A DNA stretch of 64,000 nt from Patescibacteria group bacterium. GTDB taxonomy: Bacteria > Patescibacteriota > Minisyncoccia > Phycocordibacterales > UBA9973. Location: NCBI GenBank assembly GCA_040390725.1, contig JAZJXT010000004.1, positions 30,026 to 94,025 on the forward strand. The letters run 5' to 3'. Shown here one piece after another: positions 57,002 to 64,000 of this stretch (its first letter is position 1; every line of letters starts with the position of its first letter). The notes beneath the pieces are model-generated. The model saw nothing but the letters and a program-made list of their open reading frames with translations. It had not been told where the DNA came from and ran no database searches. Position numbers and translations under genes: made by a program.

Positions 57002-57454
57002 TTACTTATTAATAGATTCCTTTTTTAAGCGACCTCTTAACTCTTGTAAGCTACCAATCAATTCCCTAAAAGGAGAAGCGAGTGTAAAACATATCTGAGA
57101 ACTTGTCGTTTCTACATCATCAAGTGTGTTAAATGCAACACCCATGTCCGCTAAATCCTTTTCAAGGATATCAATAATCTCTTTATAATTTATATTTGTT
57201 TTAAGTTGTCCAATTATAGTTTTCACTCTTCCATTTATAGTGGCAATTTGATTATTAGCATCCATCCAAGCAACATCTTTTTTTAATGTACAACTATTAC
57301 AAATATCTGAAATTTCCTCTTCCGTTGATCTTAGTTGTACTTCTTGTTTAGCTTCTCGGGCTGCTAACTTAGATCTATAGGCTTGCCAAAAAGCACCGGC
57401 AGAAAGCAAAATTCCAATATATACTAATATTCTATCAAATGTGAAATAATCCAT
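57002..57454 (-). CDS. Hypothetical protein with N-terminal TM helix (150 aa)
   Basis: First gene of the set. Preceded by a near-consensus promoter overlapped by a perfect palindrome. Confidence 0.4.
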   Translation of the reverse strand: MDYFTFDRILVYIGILLSAGAFWQAYRSKLAAREAKQEVQLRSTEEEISDICNSCTLKKDVAWMDANNQIATINGRVKTIIGQLKTNINYKEIIDILEKDLADMGVAFNTLDDVETTSSQICFTLASPFRELIGSLQELRGRLKKESINK

Positions 57455-57460
57455 GACTTA

Positions 57461-57495
57461 ATTATATACAAACCTAAATACTTTTGCAAGTATTT
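57461..57495 (-). promoter_or_regulatory. Promoter TTGCAA-N17-TATAAT (minus strand) whose -35 is embedded in a perfect 8+4+8 palindrome AAATACTTTTGCAAGTATTT (candidate operator)
   Basis: The minus strand reads TTGCAAaagtatttaggtttgtaTATAATtaagtcATG. Palindrome at 57476-57495. A second 5-bp inverted repeat ATACT...AGTAT follows at ~57509-57530. Confidence 0.4.
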
Positions 57496-57569
57496 CGCGA
57501 CCGCAGAATACTTGTCAAAAAGAGTATATATTATGGGGTATGGGTATGTCAACAGTTTTCCACAAGAGC

Positions 57570-57599
57570 TTGCAAACGTCTTAACGTTTATGATATACT
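57570..57599 (+). promoter_or_regulatory. Promoter-like TTGCAA-N18-TATACT on plus strand upstream of a GC-rich structured segment
   Basis: TTGCAA at 57570-57575 and TATACT at 57594-57599. The spacer contains the palindrome AACGT-CTTA-ACGTT. Confidence 0.3.
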
Positions 57600-57605
57600 A
57601 CATCT

Positions 57606-57700
57606 ACTGAAAGGCGGAAAATCGGAGTGCCGCCGGCCCACGTGGCTATGGAGGGAAGTTCCGTCCTCCCAGAGAAAAACACCCGCAAGGGTGTTTTTCT
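57606..57700 (+). ncRNA. Candidate small structured RNA (~95 nt), GC-rich, ending in a bidirectional terminator
   Basis: Hairpins GGCGG(aaaatcggagtg)CCGCC and GGAGG(gaagttccgt)CCTCC, the palindrome CCACGTGG, then ACACCC-GCAA-GGGTGT-TTTTTCT. Strongly GC-enriched relative to flanks. The 86-aa ORF drawn over it is probably spurious. Confidence 0.3.
57675..57700. terminator. Bidirectional rho-independent terminator
   Basis: The ACACCC GCAA GGGTGT hairpin has a U/T-run on both strands (TTTTTCT on plus; TTTTTCTCT on minus, downstream of the 57705..58112 stop). Confidence 0.5.
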
Positions 57701-57704
57701 ATTT

Positions 57705-58112
57705 CTATTTGATGAGTTTACCCAACTTCTTGGCTGACCTGTAAAATCCAGTTTTTATATAATAATGATTTGCAGATTGTTTAACTATTTCTAAAACTAA
57801 AACAACTCCCTTCTCCTTATCTTCTACTATTTCAAATAACAGAAAAATGTTATCATCTTTATCTTTATTATCGACAATTTTAAAATTATTAGAATTTAAA
57901 ACATTAAATATATCAGAGAAAAATTCCAATAAATCCTCTTCGGAATAATTATCCTGCTTTCTTTTTTCTACTATATGTTTTAAAGCTCTATATTTGATTT
58001 TAATTACTATGTCAGTTTCAAAAATAACTAATTCCTCCTGATAGTCTTTTATATGACAACCATTTTCCATCGGATAATATATTTTTATCAGGTTGTGAAT
58101 AATATTTAACAT
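57705..58112 (-). CDS. Hypothetical protein (135 aa)
   Basis: Acidic, Lys-rich soluble protein with no recognisable domain. Divergent from the PaaX-like regulator gene. Confidence 0.4.
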   Translation of the reverse strand: MLNIIHNLIKIYYPMENGCHIKDYQEELVIFETDIVIKIKYRALKHIVEKRKQDNYSEEDLLEFFSDIFNVLNSNNFKIVDNKDKDDNIFLLFEIVEDKEKGVVLVLEIVKQSANHYYIKTGFYRSAKKLGKLIK

Positions 58113-58143
58113 AAACTTAAGTATAACAAATTAAAAATTAAAT

Positions 58144-58737
58144 ATGCTATCATTTAACCTAAATTGCAAAAAACAAATTTTATTGTATACTCAAAAAATG
58201 AATAAGAATGACTATTCCAAGAAAATATTAAAGATTTTAGGACAAAAAAGCGCTATTTCAGTGCCAGAAATTAATAAACACCTCACCCCTGACCCCTCTC
58301 CGGAGTACCAGAGAGGGGAAAAATACGCCATTACACGCTCTTTAAAGGGCTTGAAAGAAGCGGGGTTTATAGAACAAGTGCATTCTGGACAGAATAACTA
58401 CGCCCGACTGACAAAAGAAGGAAAAAAGAAAATGCATAGTTTGAAACTCGAAAATGAAACGACTTTGGTAAATACTTCTTGGGATGGATTTTGGAGAATT
58501 ATTTTACTCGACTTGCCGGAAAATAGAAAAAGTGAACGCGAAAGTTTGCGTTATTTGTTAAAAAAAGCGGGATTCGTCTGCCTGAAAAATTCCGCTTGGA
58601 TTTCCCCCTACCCTTTTGAACACCTTTTCATAAATATAAAAAAAGACCTAGGCCTGACTTCCGAGATGATGATAATAGTCACGCAATTCGTAGACGAAGA
58701 AACCAAAAAAATATTGTTTGAAACTTTTGGAAAGTAA
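58144..58737 (+). CDS. PaaX-family winged-helix transcriptional regulator
   Basis: N-terminal wHTH (ISVPEINKHL...YAITRSLKGLKEAGFIEQ) and a C-terminal PaaX_C-like segment (SWDGFWRIILLDLPENRKSERESLRYLLKKAGFVCLKNSAWISPYP). Confidence 0.55.
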   Translation: MLSFNLNCKKQILLYTQKMNKNDYSKKILKILGQKSAISVPEINKHLTPDPSPEYQRGEKYAITRSLKGLKEAGFIEQVHSGQNNYARLTKEGKKKMHSLKLENETTLVNTSWDGFWRIILLDLPENRKSERESLRYLLKKAGFVCLKNSAWISPYPFEHLFINIKKDLGLTSEMMIIVTQFVDEETKKILFETFGK

Positions 58738-60435
58738 TCAATACATCTCCTGCTGGTAACACTGCTCGCAGTAAAGCACATATTTCTTTTGATCTTCAGG
58801 AGAATAAGATGTAGTAATTTCCTTTGAGCATTTTGCGCATTTGATAGGCCATAAATTAAATGTATTTCTTTTATTCATTCTATTTTGATGCCGGCAATTA
58901 AAACATTGCGCCGGAAGCGCTAACCTATTTTTCTTGTAAAAAACAATTTCCCTATTTATTAATTTAAAATTCTTCTCGCAACTCTCACAAGTTAAAACTT
59001 CTTTCAGTAAATCATCGTTATAATCATCGGGATTTTTTGGCAATTTTGAAAATTCAATAGTACCCTGTCCTTTAGTGCTCGGTATATTATCTTTCCATAA
59101 AAACCCTTTGTTCTGTGCCTCTTCTTTTGTCAAAGGCATATGTTCATTGACGATGGATTCGTTGTAAGCAAAAGGGCTCATAAAACTCGGAAAGAAATTC
59201 CCCCATTCGCCATTCTTATTCATATGCTCAATTAATTTACTGACCAGAATTTCGTATTCTTGTTTTGAATACTGTTTGTTGAAAATGCAATATGATTTCT
59301 TGCGCAAACCACAACAGCCGAATAAATTATTGGAACCGTAGCAATTGCTGGAATAAAAAACATCATGCGAGTCAACCGCCAACTCTGAGCCGATAATTCT
59401 ACTACTGCCAAGGCAAGTAAGAGCTTGATAACTTTCTTCTACCCCATTACCGGAAAAAGAACAATCATATGAGTTCACGGCTTTTGCAATAATAAAACAA
59501 TATTTGGAATTCTCACCGCCTTTTATATCAAAAGAATTTAAAATATTATGAGAATTATAAATGTGATTGCCGGAAACTTTATTATTGTGCGAACCAAAAA
59601 ATGCGCGCTGGGGAACTTTTGTCCGTAAATTATCCCGTTCTTTTAAAATATAATCTATTGATGATTTTTCAGTTAAAGGATATTTCAGTAAAAAATCTTT
59701 ATACTCTTCCCTTGTGACAGGCTTATTGAAAATATAATAAGACTTATTTACTTGCCCTACGCAACCGATGCAATTTAGACAATTCCGACAATCAAAAAGC
59801 CCTATGCTGTCTATACAACTTTCACACTCTTGGGAATAAAAAAGTTTAGTAGACTCCAGGCAGTCAATGCATTCATAGCAGGATTCGCATTTATAAAGAA
59901 AAATATTATCCACCGACTCACGAGAATTCCAAATAATATATCCATAATCACAATCTTCATCTTCGATACAACCAAAAATTAAATAACAATTTTTTGCTCC
60001 ATAAGCAATGTTTGCATATTCGCAATTTTCACTTTTTGTTTGCATTAAAGCCATATGCGGAACAACATTAAAAAGCTCAGCCAGCTGCTGAAAAAATGAT
60101 TTTGTAAAATCAAAATCTCTGCCATAACTCATCGGCTCCCAATCATCACCCCACCATTCTTCACTGGAGTAAACAGGAAAAAGCGTATCTGGACTATACA
60201 TTGAAACAATCATCTTTCCGCTTTTATCTGATTTCCTTTTATAAAGAGTTTTAAAATTTCTAAAACAAATTCGTAAGCGTTGTCTGCATTCAGGGCAAAT
60301 TTCTGGCACGGGAACCTTCATTCTTTCATAAAATCCAAAATCATCTTTTGTGATTTCAAAATCTTTTTTACAGTTCTGGCAATTTATCCCGCCTTGGCGT
60401 GGAGTTTTATTCTGACTGCTTATATTCATAAACAT
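58738..60435 (-). CDS. Cysteine-rich protein; paralog of 23805..25457 (N- and C-terminal zinc-ribbon knuckles with internal C-x2-C repeats)
   Basis: N-terminal INCQNCKKDF...CPECRQ, C-terminal IKCAKCSK...YCEQCYQQEMY, internal repeats (KCESCYECIDC, ECESCIDS, DCRNCLNCIGC, KKSYCIFNKQYSKQEYE). Start overlaps the grpE 3' end by 29 nt. Confidence 0.6.
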   Translation of the reverse strand: MFMNISSQNKTPRQGGINCQNCKKDFEITKDDFGFYERMKVPVPEICPECRQRLRICFRNFKTLYKRKSDKSGKMIVSMYSPDTLFPVYSSEEWWGDDWEPMSYGRDFDFTKSFFQQLAELFNVVPHMALMQTKSENCEYANIAYGAKNCYLIFGCIEDEDCDYGYIIWNSRESVDNIFLYKCESCYECIDCLESTKLFYSQECESCIDSIGLFDCRNCLNCIGCVGQVNKSYYIFNKPVTREEYKDFLLKYPLTEKSSIDYILKERDNLRTKVPQRAFFGSHNNKVSGNHIYNSHNILNSFDIKGGENSKYCFIIAKAVNSYDCSFSGNGVEESYQALTCLGSSRIIGSELAVDSHDVFYSSNCYGSNNLFGCCGLRKKSYCIFNKQYSKQEYEILVSKLIEHMNKNGEWGNFFPSFMSPFAYNESIVNEHMPLTKEEAQNKGFLWKDNIPSTKGQGTIEFSKLPKNPDDYNDDLLKEVLTCESCEKNFKLINREIVFYKKNRLALPAQCFNCRHQNRMNKRNTFNLWPIKCAKCSKEITTSYSPEDQKKYVLYCEQCYQQEMY

Positions 60436-61000
60436 TTACTCGCGCGGGGCGGAGAACGCGATCGCCTAGTTTGTAGCCTTTTTGAATGACATTGGAAATT
60501 TTGTGGTCATTTTCTTTTTTATCTGTTTGCATCATCTCAATAGACTCGTGCATATTTGGGTCAAAAGTTTCGCCCGCTTCACCTATTCCCTTTACGCCGT
60601 ATTCTTCAAAAACATTATTCATTTGCGCGTAAATATATTCCACGCCCTTACGCCAATTCTCATCTACTTTTTCCCAAGCTTGCTTGTTTGCAAATGCCAT
60701 ATTAAAACTATCCATCACGCCTAAAAATCGGGTCAAGATTCTCTCACGCATTGATTCCGACAACATTGATTTTCTGTCTTCCTCTTGTTTTTTGTAATTC
60801 ACAAAATCCGCGCGTTCTTTCTGCCAGCCGACTAAAAATTCTTCTTTTTCTTTTTTGCACGCCTTCAAATCAGCCCTAAATTTCTTTAAAGTTTTCTTTA
60901 AATCTTCCTCGCCGTCTTCATTGAATTCAAATTCAAGAACTTCTGTGTCGTCTTCTTTCGGCTCAGTATTTTCTACTTTTTTATTTTCTTCGTCTTGCAT
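60407..61000 (-). CDS. grpE: Nucleotide exchange factor GrpE
   Basis: Acidic N-terminal region, coiled coil, and GrpE C-terminal beta-domain (VIQKGYKLGDRVLRPARV). Confidence 0.85.
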   Translation of the reverse strand: MQDEENKKVENTEPKEDDTEVLEFEFNEDGEEDLKKTLKKFRADLKACKKEKEEFLVGWQKERADFVNYKKQEEDRKSMLSESMRERILTRFLGVMDSFNMAFANKQAWEKVDENWRKGVEYIYAQMNNVFEEYGVKGIGEAGETFDPNMHESIEMMQTDKKENDHKISNVIQKGYKLGDRVLRPARVNVYEYKQSE

Positions 61001-61060
61001 AAGCTAATATTAGCATAAAAAAATCTCCCAGGAAAGGGAGATTTTTCATAAACGATAAGA

Positions 61061-61474
61061 TTAACGTTTACTCCATTTTGGAGCCTTACGAGCCTTTTTG
61101 AGACCGAATTTGCGTCTTTCTTTAGCTCTTGGATCACGTTTTAGATAACCTAATGTCTTTAATTTACCGCGAAGTTCTGGTTCTGATTCTGTAAGAGCGC
61201 GAGCGAGGCCGTGGCGAACAGCTTCGGATTGGGAATGAATTCCACCTCCGGAAACCTTTGCTTCTACGCTCCACTTTGACCCAGGCTTTGCCTTGATCAT
61301 AGGGTCTTGGACTAATCGGCGTTGATCTTCAGTTTGAAAATATTCTTTTGAATCTTTGCCATTTACAACGAAGCTAGCCTTTGCGGATTCAAAAATACGC
61401 ACTCGCGCAGTAGACGTCTTTCTTCGTCCTATTGCTTCGATATATTTTGCTGTTGATTTTTTTTCTGTTGCCAT
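61061..61474 (-). CDS. rpsI: 30S ribosomal protein S9
   Basis: GRRKTSTARV motif and basic C-terminus ending ...SKR. Confidence 0.9.
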   Translation of the reverse strand: MATEKKSTAKYIEAIGRRKTSTARVRIFESAKASFVVNGKDSKEYFQTEDQRRLVQDPMIKAKPGSKWSVEAKVSGGGIHSQSEAVRHGLARALTESEPELRGKLKTLGYLKRDPRAKERRKFGLKKARKAPKWSKR

Positions 61475-61481
61475 AAATTAT

Positions 61482-61850
61482 TTAGTCTTGGATTTTTAAA
61501 TTCTTCATCATCTCTCTGCGGATTTTATTATCAGGAAGCATTTGGTACGTTGCGAGCTTTATCAATTCTTTTAAACCTTTCTTCTCAGATGTCTCCGTAC
61601 CTTTCATGATGCGAAGTCCTCCCGGATAACCCGAATATCTAGTGTGATAAATTTCATCCAATTTTTTTGGAGTAATTTTAAGCTTGGAAGCATTGATAAC
61701 TTTTACAGGAACTCCGGAATATACATTTCTCTGAAATGTTACCTTTGTCTTACCCATCAAAGACATAGCTACTTCTGTGGCTACTCGCCCTAAAGTCCTG
61801 CCTCCGGCATCTATCGTCTTTTCTTCATTTTTGTTAATTATTTTTTTCAT
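61482..61850 (-). CDS. rplM: 50S ribosomal protein L13
   Basis: IDAGGRTLGRVATEVAMSLMGK conserved L13 N-terminus. Short form. Confidence 0.85.
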   Translation of the reverse strand: MKKIINKNEEKTIDAGGRTLGRVATEVAMSLMGKTKVTFQRNVYSGVPVKVINASKLKITPKKLDEIYHTRYSGYPGGLRIMKGTETSEKKGLKELIKLATYQMLPDNKIRREMMKNLKIQD

Positions 61851-61892
61851 AACTTTGTTATACTAAACTATTTCTACAAATTACACAAATTC

Positions 61893-62246
61893 CTAAACAA
61901 ACTCAATGACTGCCATCTCTGCGCCGTCCGACTTTCTCGCGCCTAATTTCAAAATCCTAACATATCCGCCTTTTCTCTCTGCGTATTTCGGAGCGATAAC
62001 ATCAAAAAGTTTCTTTACTTCCTTGCTACGATTTGTAAGCTTGGAAATAACCAAACGTCGTGAAGCTAAAGTGTTTATCTTTGCTTTTGTAACTAATTTC
62101 TCTATGAAAGGTTTTAATTCTTTTGCTTTTGGTAAAGTTGTTTTGATTTTTTCTCGCACTATTAAGTTGAGCGCCAAAGAATGCATCAAAGCGTTTCTCT
62201 GATTTTTTTCTCGTCCGAATTTTCTTTTATTGCTGTGGTGTCTCAT
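61893..62246 (-). CDS. rplQ: 50S ribosomal protein L17
   Basis: MRHHSNKRKFGR...RNALMHSLALNLI conserved L17 start. Confidence 0.9.
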   Translation of the reverse strand: MRHHSNKRKFGREKNQRNALMHSLALNLIVREKIKTTLPKAKELKPFIEKLVTKAKINTLASRRLVISKLTNRSKEVKKLFDVIAPKYAERKGGYVRILKLGARKSDGAEMAVIEFV

Positions 62247-62251
62247 AAAAA

Positions 62252-63244
62252 TTATTCCTTCAAATTAAGCCCGAATTTGCCGAGCGCTTTTTTAATTTCT
62301 GTAATTCCTTTCTCGCCGATACCTTCCACTTCCAACAAATCCTCACGCTTCTTACGAGCAAGACCGCCAAGTGTACGGATATTTGCATTTGTAAGAGCAT
62401 TCAAAGTTCTAGTGGAAAGATCAAGTGTATCAGTGCGAGTCTTTAGAACATCAGTAAAATCATCGCCTTTTGATTCATCAGCACTTTCTTCTTTATTTTC
62501 AGATTTTGATTCAGCCTTTGCAACTTTCTTTACAGGCTTTTCTTCTTCTACTATTTCTTTAAAATCAACAATTGCTTTTAATTGATGAATCATTATTTCG
62601 ATAGACTTTGCCAAAACTTCACGAGGAGTAAGAGTGCCGTCAGTCTCAATAGAAATTCTCAAGCGATTGTGATTTGTATTGTCACCAACACGCATATTTT
62701 CAACTTCATAAGCAACTCGGCGTATAGGAGTAAAAATAGCATCGACAGCAATAGTGCCGACTTCTACTTTTTCTTTTTGCATAACTTCTTTTGGAATAAA
62801 GCCGAGACCTTTTTCTATTTTCATTTCAATATCTAAACTAACCTTACCTGTAACTTCAGCAATGTAAAGCTCTGGATTTAAAATCTCTACTTGTCCGCTT
62901 ACCTTTATGTCTCCTGCAGTAACCAACTTTGGACCTTTGATTGAAAGTTTTACTGTCTGTGGCTCATCAGATGCCATTTTAAAACGAGTCTTTTTCAAAT
63001 TTAAAATCAAAATAATAACATCTTCTTTGATGCCATCCATAGTAGAAAATTCATGAGAAACACCTTCAATCTTTATAGACGTAATACTTGCGCCAGGCAA
63101 AGAAGAAAGAATAATCCTTCTCAAGCTGTTACCCAAAGTGTGTCCATATCCAGGGTAAAGACCGTCTATTTCAAATACTCCTTTATTTCCCTCTTCCGAA
63201 ACCGCACGTGGCTTGGAAGGTAAAATTATTTTGTAGTCAGGCAT
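62252..63244 (-). CDS. rpoA: DNA-directed RNA polymerase subunit alpha
   Basis: N-terminal dimerisation domain (GYGHTLGNSLRRILLS) and C-terminal alpha-CTD HhH (LDLSTRTLNALTNANIRTLGGL). Confidence 0.9.
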   Translation of the reverse strand: MPDYKIILPSKPRAVSEEGNKGVFEIDGLYPGYGHTLGNSLRRIILSSLPGASITSIKIEGVSHEFSTMDGIKEDVIILILNLKKTRFKMASDEPQTVKLSIKGPKLVTAGDIKVSGQVEILNPELYIAEVTGKVSLDIEMKIEKGLGFIPKEVMQKEKVEVGTIAVDAIFTPIRRVAYEVENMRVGDNTNHNRLRISIETDGTLTPREVLAKSIEIMIHQLKAIVDFKEIVEEEKPVKKVAKAESKSENKEESADESKGDDFTDVLKTRTDTLDLSTRTLNALTNANIRTLGGLARKKREDLLEVEGIGEKGITEIKKALGKFGLNLKE

Positions 63245-63312
63245 AATTTTTTAAAAAAGTTAATTATAAATTTATAATATAAACAATACAATGAAAACGA
63301 AATGTTAAAAAT

Positions 63313-63918
63313 TTAACGGCTGTAGAATTCGAGAACGGCATTCAAATCTAGGAATGTCTCGATATTTTTTGGCTTCGCGGAAACCTTACCTTCCATTTTG
63401 CCGGGATCAAATGATAACCATGCGGGAGGATTGTAATCCTTTAATTTCTCTGCTAAATTTTCAAAAAGTTTACTGGTCTTGGAACCCTCGCGAACTTTTA
63501 TGATATCTCCAGGCTTAACTTCGTAAGAAGGAACAGTGATTTTGTGAGCTCCGATAACAAAGTGTCCGTGAGAAACCATTTGTCTCGCTCCGCGACGACT
63601 TGGGGAAAGTCCCATTCTGTAAACAACATTATCAAGGCGAGATTCTAATCCTTCATAGAATTTCTCAGCTGTGCCTGCACCTTTTATGTGTGAAGCTTTT
63701 TTAACGTAATTTGAAAGTTGTCTTTCTGTGATACCGTATGAGAAACGAACTTTTTGTTTTTCAACCAAACCTTGTCCATATTCAGATAGAGCCTTTGGGC
63801 GCTTTGCTCCAGGGCTGGCAAATTTGCCAGTAGCAGAAGAAAACTTGGCAGTCTGACATTTGTCATAAACTCCCGGACCTAATCTGCGACATATTTTAAA
63901 TTTTGGTTTTGGTATCAT
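63313..63918 (-). CDS. rpsD: 30S ribosomal protein S4
   Basis: Conserved RRLGPGVYDKCQ region and S4 domain. The track ORF extends 22 codons further upstream; the start is placed at the internal Met (MIPKPKFK). Confidence 0.85.
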   Translation of the reverse strand: MIPKPKFKICRRLGPGVYDKCQTAKFSSATGKFASPGAKRPKALSEYGQGLVEKQKVRFSYGITERQLSNYVKKASHIKGAGTAEKFYEGLESRLDNVVYRMGLSPSRRGARQMVSHGHFVIGAHKITVPSYEVKPGDIIKVREGSKTSKLFENLAEKLKDYNPPAWLSFDPGKMEGKVSAKPKNIETFLDLNAVLEFYSR

Positions 63919-63949
63919 ATTTTTTAAAAAAATTATTATAACTTTATAT

Positions 63950-64000
63950 TTATACTCTTCGTGGCTTCTTTGCTTTTGGACCATTGTGCGGTACTGGTGT
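63950..64000 (-). CDS. rpsK: 30S ribosomal protein S11, C-terminal fragment (gene continues beyond window end)
   Basis: Minus-strand translation ...TPVPHNGPKAKKPRRV* matches the conserved S11 C-terminus. Order rpsK-rpsD-rpoA-rplQ is canonical. Confidence 0.7.
   Translation of the reverse strand, partial: TPVPHNGPKAKKPRRV

Noticed and set aside
57484-57744. 86-aa plus-strand ORF
   Set aside because: It overlaps a promoter, a GC-rich hairpin-rich segment and a terminator. Its amino-acid composition is odd (Cys/Arg/Trp-rich) and there is no SD. More likely a structured RNA or regulatory region.
1-64000. CRISPR arrays, rRNA genes, integrases/transposases, reverse transcriptases
   Set aside because: Looked for regularly spaced direct repeats, rRNA-like conserved blocks, tyrosine/serine recombinase or RT motifs. 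None found by eye, so not reported.

Overview
AT-rich, gene-dense bacterial chromosome segment. Its streamlined content (short Rel, DnaX and GltX, many small hypothetical membrane proteins) is consistent with a Patescibacteria/CPR-like genome; this is inference. Most of the window is housekeeping. It starts inside an ABC exporter, followed by miaA, murA, tRNA-Leu, parB, rel, topA, dprA, serS, dus and dnaX. There is a cell-wall block (mraY-ftsW-murG), gltX, an M23 peptidase, rpmA, rplI, ctpA, PBP2, an almost complete purine operon on the minus strand (purQ-purF-purN/D fusion-purE-purM-purC ... purB) with purL elsewhere, rsmE, dnaK and grpE, and the rpsI-rplM-rplQ-rpoA-rpsD-rpsK ribosomal/RNAP block at the 3' end. 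Two tRNAs (Leu-CAA, Gln-TTG); no rRNA and no CRISPR array seen. Points of interest follow. (1) Two divergent paralogs of a ~550-aa cysteine-rich protein with N- and C-terminal zinc-ribbon knuckles and internal C-x2-C repeats, plus a 42-aa in-frame internal-deletion derivative of a third copy. Two of the three copies directly flank FGAM-synthase genes (after purL, before purQ). (2) A four-gene, translationally coupled operon immediately after tRNA-Gln: two small ORFs sharing a 25-aa N-terminal module, an ATP-grasp ligase and an APH-like kinase. (3) Accessory insertions interrupting conserved operons: a DinD/Bro-N-like protein, a membrane protein and a small ORF between purC and purB; and 4.2 kb (Cys-rich paralog, PaaX-like regulator, four small proteins, a GC-rich candidate sRNA) between grpE and dnaK. 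(4) Several GC-rich or strongly structured intergenic elements with promoter-like and terminator-like signals.
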